This document shows positions 49,256 through 58,934 of a stretch of 64,000 nt of DNA, piece by piece (position 1 is the first letter of the stretch; each line of letters begins with the position of its first letter). The DNA is from a virus. Location of the stretch: positions 32,001 to 96,000 of IMG/VR virus record IMGVR_UViG_3300014152_000001. One strand, given 5' to 3'. A program made the position numbers and the translations under genes. Under the pieces are notes generated by a model. That model saw nothing but the letters and a program-made list of their open reading frames with translations. It made no database searches and had not been told where the DNA came from.

Positions 49256-50929
49256 ATCTGTAGAATGGCCTTAGTTCTCTCGAAGAGCCAAGTCGATAGA
49301 TTCGAGACAGCATTCAAGTCGGCATGGGCAAACGCAAACGATGATGGTTGCGGCATCTACTGGCGAGACATGAAAGGAGAACGACATTTGGCTAGGTTCC
49401 CTAAGAGCGAAGACTTAGCAAAGGTCGGGACAACTTACGACAGGATGCTAATCCATTTCCGCAAGTCTACGAAGGGCGAAGGAACTCATCCCTTCACTTG
49501 TAAACACAGACCCAAACTTAACAGTGGAAACTGGCTCTTAGTTCACAACGGGTGTGTTCAAGACGAAGAGGCTAGGAAGGAACTAATCAAGACTCACACG
49601 TTCTCAACCGAGATAGACAGCGAAGTATTTGTCCATATATGGGGAGAGATTAAGGAGAAGAACCTACTTAAGAGAGCCAAGAAGTTCAATGAGGCCAGAG
49701 AGAAGGCCAACATCACAGGATGGGCGAATCTTATCTTCTACAACGTGGTCACAGATGAATGGGTTGCACTTAGCGATGGCTCGTTAAGTCTAGTTTGCAC
49801 GAAGGACACCCTAGTTATATGCTCAGACGACACTTGGCTCGACATGACAGAGGCTAACAGACGGAAGATTCCTAATGCCAGTCTACCCACTGGCGCAATT
49901 GCTTACGGAAAAGGACTCGTCTTCAAGACGAAGGCAGACATTTGGAAGATTCACTATTCCTCTTCTCAGACAACTCTTCCAACCGTGGTGAATGGGAAGA
50001 TGCTTTACTCTGGATGCAGAGACTACACAGAAACGTGGAAACCACAAAACATTCCGAGAGGTCGGCCTGAATGGAGTGCTTCGGCCAAGTCATTCGTAGA
50101 TGAAAAGGGCAACCCGTTGGAGTGGGATTCGGGCAAGAGGGCATTCGTAGACAGCAAAGGATTCCCAATAGACAACAATTCCACACAATATGGCAACCCC
50201 AATGGACATTACTTCCAAGACTCAGAGTATGAGGATGCAAACGGTGAACCCTACTGTGACATTTGTTTCATGCCTAGAGAATACCATAGTCTTGACGCTG
50301 AACTTGACGAACTTGAAAAGGAAGATAAGGAAAGGGAAGCACGACAAAAGGAGACAACCGCCATTGACAGAATCGCGAGCAGTCGCATTGACGAGAGCGT
50401 TTGGAATAAGGCTCACCCCTTCACTCGCAACTTCAATGCTCAGACCATCACTTGTATGTGTGGCTCGACTACGGGATACGGAATTCTGCATAAGGCACAC
50501 GACTTCTATCCTCTTATGACTAAGCAAAACAAACCAACAGGATATTGCCAAGTCTGTGGAAACGAGAGAGCAGTTGGAAACCATAAGGAAATGTCGTATG
50601 AGGGACACTTCTTTACTCCACTTAGGATTGAGGAAAATAAAGGAGATGGCAAGATATTCTACTCAGAGTCTACAATTTGTGGGCGATGTGGATTCAGAGA
50701 ATCAATTCATCCCATGAGTTATGACATTCAAACCAAGCAAATCACCACAATAGAAGATGCAACGACAATGAGAATAAAACCACCGATGGATTGCGGTTGC
50801 AAACCTAGCGAGAGGCCGAAACCCATAATCTGTAGTTATCATTGGGGATGTGGATTCCATGAAGCAGACAACTACGGGTTCATAATTAAGAGGATTGCTT
50901 ACGACAGCGGAAGGGTGGAACCAAATTGA
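49256..50929 (+). CDS. Class II (Ntn) glutamine amidotransferase with C-terminal Zn-finger repeats
   Basis: NDDGCG, HFRKST, THPF, VHNG, IDSE; in-frame ATC-TGT-AGA-ATG upstream restores the (M)CRM N-terminal nucleophile. Confidence 0.8.
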   Translation: MCRMALVLSKSQVDRFETAFKSAWANANDDGCGIYWRDMKGERHLARFPKSEDLAKVGTTYDRMLIHFRKSTKGEGTHPFTCKHRPKLNSGNWLLVHNGCVQDEEARKELIKTHTFSTEIDSEVFVHIWGEIKEKNLLKRAKKFNEAREKANITGWANLIFYNVVTDEWVALSDGSLSLVCTKDTLVICSDDTWLDMTEANRRKIPNASLPTGAIAYGKGLVFKTKADIWKIHYSSSQTTLPTVVNGKMLYSGCRDYTETWKPQNIPRGRPEWSASAKSFVDEKGNPLEWDSGKRAFVDSKGFPIDNNSTQYGNPNGHYFQDSEYEDANGEPYCDICFMPREYHSLDAELDELEKEDKEREARQKETTAIDRIASSRIDESVWNKAHPFTRNFNAQTITCMCGSTTGYGILHKAHDFYPLMTKQNKPTGYCQVCGNERAVGNHKEMSYEGHFFTPLRIEENKGDGKIFYSESTICGRCGFRESIHPMSYDIQTKQITTIEDATTMRIKPPMDCGCKPSERPKPIICSYHWGCGFHEADNYGFIIKRIAYDSGRVEPN

Positions 50930-51507
50930 CCGAAGTTAAAGTCCACAAGTCGGGAGAAGACCTTAGCACAATTACAAAGGGTGTCAAGATAAAGGACAAC
51001 GACCACAAGATTCGGATTGCGGGAGCCGTCCTTCGCATTGTAGTCACACCACAAAAGTATAGCAACGACTACAAACTTTCGATTTGGCTTCCGAATAAAA
51101 CACAGATTGAAGTCAATAACACAGATGGATTTGTCCAGTGGTCTGAGTTCATGGCATCACTTGTTGAGGCCGCGACTGGAAGCAAGCCAGACGTTCCTTC
51201 GGATAAAAAGGTTATCGACATCAACGGATTCCCTGTGAAGGTTAGCGAAGGGGAAGACAAGAAGACTCTGACAATTGAGTCTTCAATAGACCCACTAAAA
51301 GAAGACTACAAGATAGAGTCTAAGAAGGTAGAGACACCCACACCCCAAGTCCAGCCCACGCCAAGCCTACCTGAAAGAGTTAATTCAGAAATGACAACTA
51401 AAGAAAAAGAGGATATGCAAGACGGGATTGAGAAGGTTGAAGACTGGATTGCCCGACTACAGGGAAGAGTGAAAGACGATGATGGAACACTAGGGGGCTA
51501 TTGGTAA
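50926..51507 (+). CDS. Hypothetical protein
   Basis: Coupled ORF. Confidence 0.55.
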   Translation: MTEVKVHKSGEDLSTITKGVKIKDNDHKIRIAGAVLRIVVTPQKYSNDYKLSIWLPNKTQIEVNNTDGFVQWSEFMASLVEAATGSKPDVPSDKKVIDINGFPVKVSEGEDKKTLTIESSIDPLKEDYKIESKKVETPTPQVQPTPSLPERVNSEMTTKEKEDMQDGIEKVEDWIARLQGRVKDDDGTLGGYW

Positions 51508-51933
51508 ATGCCAAACGATGTCCCTACTCCTGCACAAGCCAGACGGTCTTTCAATGCCGAGCAACGACATTGGGCAAGTGTGATAACAGACTATAGGCGT
51601 GATGTGAGAAAGATGATAACCAACTACAAGAAACTCGCTCCCAAGATAGACAAGATGTGCAGATACATGGAAGGCTACAGCCTTCTCTACATGGCAAAGA
51701 AGTGGGGCAACTCCACACAGCAAGCCGAAGTCGTGAGGCTGTTCAAACTTCCCAAGTTAGGACTCTTGCTTCAATGTAGATGCATAAATACCGAATGCGA
51801 TTGGGCAAATTACGATAAAGAGGCAGACCAGATGGAATGCACTTGCATAGAGAATAAAACATTGACTTGCAACGGTCTTTATGTGATGGCCTTTGCTGAG
51901 AATGGAACGATAATCAGGGATGAGATAACATGA
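51508..51933 (+). CDS. Cys-rich hypothetical protein
   Basis: Coupled ORF. Confidence 0.55.
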   Translation: MPNDVPTPAQARRSFNAEQRHWASVITDYRRDVRKMITNYKKLAPKIDKMCRYMEGYSLLYMAKKWGNSTQQAEVVRLFKLPKLGLLLQCRCINTECDWANYDKEADQMECTCIENKTLTCNGLYVMAFAENGTIIRDEIT

Positions 51934-52955
51934 TACTCGACCTAGAGTTCGGAGATATGTGTGCCATAAAGGAACTTGAACTTGTCCATGCAGAATTAGT
52001 CTCAGGGTCAAGTCACAGAACAGGGAGTATGAACGACCACATGGCTTTAGCGTTAGGTGAGACAGTCAGAATACTAGACTACAGAATCCATTGTCTGTGC
52101 CATGATGTGAGATGCAGATGGTGGGACATTGGCAGATGCAGATGTGACGGAGCCGTGAACTGTCTCCATATAGGATTCACAATAAGAGGGGAAGAGGAAG
52201 GAACTATCAAACCCACAAACGCGGAGAAGGCAATGGCAAAGGCACAGATTCCATCGGAAGACTTTGCACAAAAGGAGAACGAGCCTTTCATAGTCTGGAA
52301 GGTCAGGGTTGCTGGCAAAATCTACAACCTAGCAATGAACATTCACAATCAGCTAGAGGACGGAATGGTCTACTACAAATACGAAAATTGGAGACGAGAA
52401 TCCGAACTTGACAGACGAACCAACTTCATGAGAACGATTAGGGATGTGAGGGGATTGAATCCGGCAGATGGAAGCAATTTGGCTAATGCGGTGGGTTGTC
52501 TCGCTTGCGGTAAAATCTTCCTTAACACAGACTTCCTCAATGCCCATGTAGACTTACACAGGAATCGTGGAGAGGCAGACCACTATACAACACAGATGGT
52601 TTCAACTACAGAAGTCACTCCAATTCGACCACTCTCAATCACCTACAGACCACCACCCACACACATAGTTCAACCCACACCAACCCCAAGACCTTCAAGA
52701 CCAACTCAACATCGAAGACCCATAAGACTTGAACGTTATGAGCGAGAGCCAGACGAAAGCTATGAGCATTATGAAGAGAATCTTACCGTATACGTCAATG
52801 ATATAAGGGAAGGGAACGGTGGACAATATCAAGATGCGATAGGTTGCACAATATGTGGGAACATCTATACAAACGTTTCCGACTTCATGACCCATGCGAT
52901 AGATGAACACAGTCTCCCTATCACAGAGACAGAAGAACATGGAGTTCCACATTGA
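51930..52955 (+). CDS. Protein with two C2H2 zinc fingers
   Basis: CLACG...HVDLH; CTICG...HAIDEH. Confidence 0.65.
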   Translation: MILDLEFGDMCAIKELELVHAELVSGSSHRTGSMNDHMALALGETVRILDYRIHCLCHDVRCRWWDIGRCRCDGAVNCLHIGFTIRGEEEGTIKPTNAEKAMAKAQIPSEDFAQKENEPFIVWKVRVAGKIYNLAMNIHNQLEDGMVYYKYENWRRESELDRRTNFMRTIRDVRGLNPADGSNLANAVGCLACGKIFLNTDFLNAHVDLHRNRGEADHYTTQMVSTTEVTPIRPLSITYRPPPTHIVQPTPTPRPSRPTQHRRPIRLERYEREPDESYEHYEENLTVYVNDIREGNGGQYQDAIGCTICGNIYTNVSDFMTHAIDEHSLPITETEEHGVPH

Positions 52956-53782
52956 CCAACAACAAGCCTCTTATTGTCTTCATAGATTGTGGTGTCTCAC
53001 TCTCTGAAACGCCAGACCGTCTTATCTCACGACTCGAAGAGAGGGGCTTACGAGTTGTGAGAAATCCGCGAACTAGGCCAGATGAAGACTACGTTGTGAT
53101 TCGATGGGGTTCGGCCAGATTCCCTGAGTTGGATGAGACAGCGAAAGCCGTCCTCAATTCTGCCGAATCCATCGAAGGAAATCTCCACAAGAACGTGGCT
53201 CATGGCCGGATGTTAGAGGCCGGAGTCAGCACACCCCAATTCTGGACGACCTTTAGAGAGGCCAGAACAAAATCCAGAGAGTTGGGGTGTGACTTCTTGC
53301 GGAGACGCAAGCATCACATTCAGGGACGGGACATCCTTCGCCTAAGTCCGACAGACCACCTTCCACACAATAAGAGGCATGGGTATTATGTCCAATATCT
53401 TGAGAAGGACGCAGAGTTCCGACTCCACATCTTTGGAGACGAGTGCATCGGTCTGGCCGAAAAGAAACCAAAGGAGAATCCCAATCAGACTATCTGGAAC
53501 TTCGAGAACGGGTGGGACTTGGTGTATTACGCGAGAGAGGACAGAGAGCAGAACGTCCCTCACTATGCTGAGATGGTGGCTGAGTCAGTGAAAGCACTCA
53601 AGTCTCTAGGACTAGACTTCGGGGCAGTGGACTTGATAATGTGCGGGGGCAAGCCTTACATTCTTGAAGCAAACACAAGTCCTAAACTCTACCAGACTAA
53701 ACGCTACAGTAAGCACTTCGAGAAGTGGTTTGACGAAACGGCAAGAAACCTTATAAACCATGTGGAGAGAGGTAGCCCATGA
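52952..53782 (+). CDS. ATP-grasp ligase (RimK/phiEco32-like)
   Basis: VIRWGS, VQYLEK..EFRLHI, IWN..NGW, GLDFGAVD, YILEANTSP. Confidence 0.85.
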   Translation: MTNNKPLIVFIDCGVSLSETPDRLISRLEERGLRVVRNPRTRPDEDYVVIRWGSARFPELDETAKAVLNSAESIEGNLHKNVAHGRMLEAGVSTPQFWTTFREARTKSRELGCDFLRRRKHHIQGRDILRLSPTDHLPHNKRHGYYVQYLEKDAEFRLHIFGDECIGLAEKKPKENPNQTIWNFENGWDLVYYAREDREQNVPHYAEMVAESVKALKSLGLDFGAVDLIMCGGKPYILEANTSPKLYQTKRYSKHFEKWFDETARNLINHVERGSP

Positions 53783-54073
53783 AAATCTACCACGTTTACC
53801 GTCATTATGGGTCATATACAGACCGCTACGGGATAGACGAGTATGGTTATTTTCTTTCTAAGTCAAGAGCAGAGAAAATCAAATACGATGCCAAACACGA
53901 AAAGGACAGCAGAGGCTATATTTCTCTTGACGAAATCGAAGTGGACGAAACACCATGACATCTGACCTGACAAGACGATGCAAGTCCTTCGCACACATAA
54001 AGATGAGGACTCAGAATTGGTGGTTCGTAAGTATGTCAGACCACTACATGATAACGAAGTGGGTAGCAGACCC

Positions 54074-54415
54074 ATGAAACGAGTCCACACGATTCACTTT
54101 GACAAAAGAGGGGGGAGAGGAGCATTGGCTTTCGCCAGACTAGAATCAAGAACGAATCCCATCTCCATCTCAGGGTGGGATAACTGGCGTTATAATGTGG
54201 CTCCTCACTTCCCGATTGAGACTTACCTACCCAAGATTATAGACCACGAATCCGTCCACATCGCCTTAGACGATATTGAAGAACGAAAGGCAAGCATAAA
54301 GTTGGATGGCTTATTTTTCAATCTTAAATGCTATGACATCACACAAAACGGAAACTACTTCAAGAACACAGGTCTACCATCCAAACTACCAATCCTTAAG
54401 AGAAGAAGAGTATGA
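54074..54415 (+). CDS. HExxH-motif hypothetical protein
   Basis: IDHESVHIAL. Confidence 0.5.
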   Translation: MKRVHTIHFDKRGGRGALAFARLESRTNPISISGWDNWRYNVAPHFPIETYLPKIIDHESVHIALDDIEERKASIKLDGLFFNLKCYDITQNGNYFKNTGLPSKLPILKRRRV

Positions 54416-54969
54416 GCAACACTAGAGAGCAAGACGACTTCATGGCCGCACTTCATGCCCTTATGGATAGTCTGTCCTTAGACGACTTAGAGGAAGACAA
54501 CTGCGATGGATGTGGAGTTGCCACTAGCGACCTTACTGGCCGACATCCCTTTGCCCTCTGCCCCCTTTGCAACTGGAAAGGATATGGTCTCAATGACTAA
54601 GAATTATGGATTTCGGCAAGAACCTTTATATAGGTTGGGGAGAGGGATATAGGATATGGCAACGAACAAAGAACTAGCAGAGCGACTTCGCAAGGCGCGT
54701 GACCCTCTTGGGCCATTTGGCCCTTTCGCCTACTACAAGATAGAAGAGATTGAGGCAGTAGCCAAAGAGTTGGAGAACCGAGCATGACTCCCAAGTTCCC
54801 TATGATAATCGTGGACGCGGCAAAAGGGATTCATGTAGTGAAGAAGACCCCTGCTGGCTATTACACTTGCGACCAGTGCCATAACAGTTTCACCCTAGAG
54901 GAACTAATGAAGGCACACGATTTCGTCAATCCAAATGTTTATAAAGGATGGGGCTTAGGGGTATAGGAT

Positions 54970-55329
54970 ATGAGCAAACTCGGAACCTTCGCGTCCTACC
55001 TTATTTGGACAAGCGTAGTGGGAATCATCGGATGGGGTCTTTCAGCACTGATAAGCCTCAATCCAACGGCTCAAGCAATCAACACTTTCGCTGGCGGCAC
55101 ATGGTTAGGATACGTCTTTCTGGGCATAAACTTTGCTTTCTACCCTCTCCAACTTGGGTTGGGAATCCTTCTGACCGATATCCTTAACATTGGCAACGCT
55201 ACAGGATTCTACATACAGGTGACTATCGCAAGCATAATCCTACTTCTAGTGGGGCTTCTTCTAAGAGTCGAAGACAATGAGAGAGAGAGCAGACCACTCG
55301 GAATGAAGTGGAAAAGATGGTATACATAG
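54970..55329 (+). CDS. Membrane protein (about 3 TM)
   Basis: Hydrophobic segments; own TATA. Confidence 0.65.
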   Translation: MSKLGTFASYLIWTSVVGIIGWGLSALISLNPTAQAINTFAGGTWLGYVFLGINFAFYPLQLGLGILLTDILNIGNATGFYIQVTIASIILLLVGLLLRVEDNERESRPLGMKWKRWYT

Positions 55330-55518
55330 CCACCTACAAGACGAAGGATGGAATCAGTCCAGAGATACTAGGAGAGCGATTCTACAACGGAGAACTATGC
55401 TCTAATTGTGACGATGGTTGTCTCAAGGCCAAGCGTTGTGATGGGTGTGATGAAGTGCTTTGCGTCAAGTGTTGGGAAGAGCATCAGAACGATGCTCCAT
55501 GCCATGTGGGAAGATAAC

Positions 55519-55695
55519 ATGACAGGTCTATATTGTGTGACCTATCTCATTGGCGAAGCACAGAGGCCAGAGACTCAGATGAAGATAAGCGAGATGTTTC
55601 CACCCGATAGTTCGAAAGAGGCAATTGCCTTAGTCAAGACCAAACACCCCACCGACTTGGTGAGGATAACAAGTGTGGCGATGCTAAAGAAATGA
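55519..55695 (+). CDS. Small hypothetical protein whose 3' end is duplicated at 55976
   Basis: EAIALVKTKHPTDLVRITSVAMLKK. Confidence 0.6.
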   Translation: MTGLYCVTYLIGEAQRPETQMKISEMFPPDSSKEAIALVKTKHPTDLVRITSVAMLKK

Positions 55696-55991
55696 TGTCC
55701 GAGAGGGAACTCAAAGCGGAAGTAATCAGGGAGACAGTAGACGAGTGGGTTAGACTGTCAGACCCTGAGCGAGTGGAGGAGAAGGTTCACAAGTGGGTAG
55801 GTAAGGTGGGGAAGCCTACCGTCTTCCTGAAGCCGAAGTCAGCGACTATCGAGAATCTGACGACAGGAGCCATGTTCCTAGTCGTGGACAACAAGGGATG
55901 GACGCACACCTTCTACACCTATGTAGACTCGATTTCCAGATGTGAACGAACAGACATCTCACACAAAGTCAAGAAGAGGCCATTGCCTTAG
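55692..55991 (+). CDS. Hypothetical protein between diverged direct repeats
   Basis: ATGA-coupled; flanked by repeats 55618-55695 and 55976-56050. Confidence 0.6.
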   Translation: MMSERELKAEVIRETVDEWVRLSDPERVEEKVHKWVGKVGKPTVFLKPKSATIENLTTGAMFLVVDNKGWTHTFYTYVDSISRCERTDISHKVKKRPLP

Positions 55992-57051
55992 TCAAAGCCA
56001 AACACCCCACAGACTTGGGGAAAATAACATCGGTGGCTATGCTCAGATGAAACGCTTTCAGATAGGATACGAGTGCGGTTGTTGGTTTGCATTCGATGTG
56101 GCAGACCCCATGCACTGGAAGATACTAGACTTCGTGATATGCACTGACCACGTTAAGAGGAGCCATCTCCAATGAAGACCAGAGAAGCAGTTGAACAACT
56201 TGAGAGGGAGAAAAAGATATGAGAGTCTGGATTCGAGAGGGCTACGGCAACCACGACCTCATCGCTCTCGACATTGAGATAGGTAGTGGAAGCGACAGTC
56301 GGTTCCTTTCCCAAGTCGGTCTTCTAATCCATGCGTCAGGACATAAGTGTGACCACACACCACCCCATGACCCATCATGAGCGAGACATCCGATTCCAAA
56401 CATCTGAGAGCATGGTGTCCCAAACACCGGAAGCGGTGTTGCATGATTCACGGAAAACACAAGAGAGGACGCTAAATGCCTAGTGTTAGTGTAGAATACT
56501 GGCTCAACGGTAGAAGGGAGCCACCCATAAGCGTAGGGGTCGCTGATGAGTTTGAGGCCATCGCAAGAAGACTAGGGCAAAACGTAGAGAGAACGCCCCT
56601 ATGTTTGAAGATAGTCATGGGAAGTGGGAGACGCTATTGACCTGCCCTAAGTGCGGCAAAGAAATGATGCTATACCAATGTGGTTATATGCACTGCATCA
56701 ATCTAGATTGCGACTACGATGGGAGCAATAGACTATGACCTGTCCTAAGTGCGGCTATCCTTACGTCTACGAGAGGCGTGTTGCTTGTGGATTGAAAGAG
56801 GACATAGCAGTTATGTGTCCTAATTGTGGGTATCAATCATGATAATCAAAAAGTGTAAGGATTGCGGAGCCATCATAGAAACAAAGGAAGGGGCGATAGG
56901 AGAGAGAATCGTGTGGAGTCTATGCGACAGATGTAGAGCCAAACGGAATGGTTTTATAGGGGCAAAGACTTTGAGAGAGGTAGGAATAGCATGAGCAAGG
57001 GATACGACAGAGATGATTGTGGGATGATTTGTTGCCCACCGCATTGCAACT

Positions 57052-57612
57052 GTGGCGATTGTGTGGGGTGTGCTTCTGACTTTTAAGAGGACGGACCATT
57101 TCAGTTGCGGCCACTCTTATGTTGTTCAATCCGATTATAGACTTCAACTTGAGAAGTGTCCTGAGTGTCTTAGTGGAGACTATGATGGGTCACTGGTCGA
57201 GTCAGATGAGAAAGAAGAACTAGGGGCTAGGATAGTTCAAGAGCCTAACTCTTTCGTTGAAAGGATTGACAGCAGTGGATTCTATGGGGCATCCGTCTTT
57301 CTACCAAGTGCGACAGTCGCCACTGGCGTTTGGAATAACATTTGGGGAGCCTCTTCATCTGCAAACATATCACCACAACCTTACATTGAACGGCACTTTC
57401 CACCACAGACAGTAAGCAATGGACAGACATTCACAATACCAGACAATGAACTAGAGGATTGGGCAAGAGAGGAACCCAGACGACTAGAACTAAATTGGAA
57501 CGGCCATCATACCGAAGCCGAGTATAACGCTTGTGAGTCCTGTCAGCATGAACTGAGAGTCGGGATGGCAAGAGACTACAACGAGCAACATGGGATTGAG
57601 ACTGAGCTTTGA
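57052..57612 (+). CDS. Hypothetical protein with Cys motifs
   Basis: ORF. Confidence 0.5.
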   Translation: MAIVWGVLLTFKRTDHFSCGHSYVVQSDYRLQLEKCPECLSGDYDGSLVESDEKEELGARIVQEPNSFVERIDSSGFYGASVFLPSATVATGVWNNIWGASSSANISPQPYIERHFPPQTVSNGQTFTIPDNELEDWAREEPRRLELNWNGHHTEAEYNACESCQHELRVGMARDYNEQHGIETEL

Positions 57613-57650
57613 CCGCAATGCTTATAAACCCTACAAACGTAGGGGTGTCC

Positions 57651-57758
57651 ATGTCGCAAGAAGATAACGAACTCGAAGAGGATGAGGACATGGATTCGGA
57701 CTTCGATGGAGAAAGTGAGGACATCGGACAAGATAACAAAACGGATGAGGAATTATAA
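57651..57758 (+). CDS. 35 aa hyper-acidic peptide
   Basis: 18 of 35 residues are D/E; own CTTATAAA promoter; TAATG-coupled to the HNH gene. Confidence 0.6.
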   Translation: MSQEDNELEEDEDMDSDFDGESEDIGQDNKTDEEL

Positions 57759-58240
57759 TGCCTAGTGAATACAAGTATCGCTGTTGCATCCGTTGTGGCG
57801 TTAAACTAACGCCAAGCACTTGGTTTCCTAGTTTCAAACCTAGATACCTATATGTTTGCAAATCTTGTTCCAGTAAAGAGCGTGTAGTATACTATAGAAA
57901 GTGGGCCACTACACACAAATCTATAGCAAAAGAACGAACCAAAAAAACTAGAGATACTCTCAAACTTGAGACATTGCTCAACTATTCGCTAACTTGGCCA
58001 CCGCAATGTGCCAATCCATTCAGAGAGCATCCAGTTTGTGTGCCATACACAACCATTGAGGCTCTTTCCATTGACCATATCAATGGTGGTGGAGATAGAG
58101 AAAGAAGACTGTTGGTTGGGAGAAGAGGGGGCGGAGTCAATTTCTATTGGAAATTGAAACAACGTGGGTATCCAAAGGGATACCAAATCTTATGTATGAA
58201 TTGTCAATTCATCAAAAGTTATAGGGTGAACGGCTCTTGA
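57758..58240 (+). CDS. HNH endonuclease with N-terminal Zn finger
   Basis: CIRCG..CKSC; CANPF; SIDHINGGG...YQILCMNCQ. Confidence 0.8.
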   Translation: MPSEYKYRCCIRCGVKLTPSTWFPSFKPRYLYVCKSCSSKERVVYYRKWATTHKSIAKERTKKTRDTLKLETLLNYSLTWPPQCANPFREHPVCVPYTTIEALSIDHINGGGDRERRLLVGRRGGGVNFYWKLKQRGYPKGYQILCMNCQFIKSYRVNGS

Positions 58241-58369
58241 TTGAAGTCAAATGGAGATGCACGAGTTGTGGCATCATCATCATAGAGAAGACCAGAGACG
58301 CAGATGAAGAGACTAAGAAGCATCTGCTCGTCTGTGAAGGACAAGGATTTCACCTAGAATCGTGAGACT

Positions 58370-58930
58370 ATGGTTAGCGAATATGACGTAATCTTCCACA
58401 CCATTACACCTGAGATGAGGCTAGAGGCCAGACCATTAGCCAGCCGACTGGCCGAACTTAACCATCACCAACCCATAGCCGAAGACACTCCACTAGGCGC
58501 GGCTATGTCTCAGATAGATATGGCTAAGTATCTAGGCGCAGTCCACGTTGATGTTCCAGACTACGATATGACTCTAGGCAAAGGCACTATCGACAACAAG
58601 AACATCACCACCACAGTTGGCCGAGTCCTTCCTCACTATGATGCCCAAGTCTTCAGTTATAACCCTGACCAGAAGTGCGAGTTCTACACCTTTAGCAGAG
58701 TGCGGAAGTTAGTGCCACAAGAAGAGTTGGTCGGCATCTTCCTCATAGGTTGGATTTCCAAGGCCGACTTCCAGACCCTAAGGCATCACTACAACGAAGG
58801 AGAAGTGCGGAATGATAACACTCACTACAAGTATACTTGTAAAGGCGGGACTGATGTAGTGCTAGTTCAAGTCCTTCACCCGTTGATTGAGTTGAAGAGA
58901 ACACTTATTAACACGGAAGGACAGGGGTAA
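58370..58930 (+). CDS. Phage protein, possible PD-(D/E)xK fold
   Basis: DYD...IDNK, YTFSRV, LIGWISK..F. Confidence 0.45.
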   Translation: MVSEYDVIFHTITPEMRLEARPLASRLAELNHHQPIAEDTPLGAAMSQIDMAKYLGAVHVDVPDYDMTLGKGTIDNKNITTTVGRVLPHYDAQVFSYNPDQKCEFYTFSRVRKLVPQEELVGIFLIGWISKADFQTLRHHYNEGEVRNDNTHYKYTCKGGTDVVLVQVLHPLIELKRTLINTEGQG

Positions 58931-58934
58931 GGAT

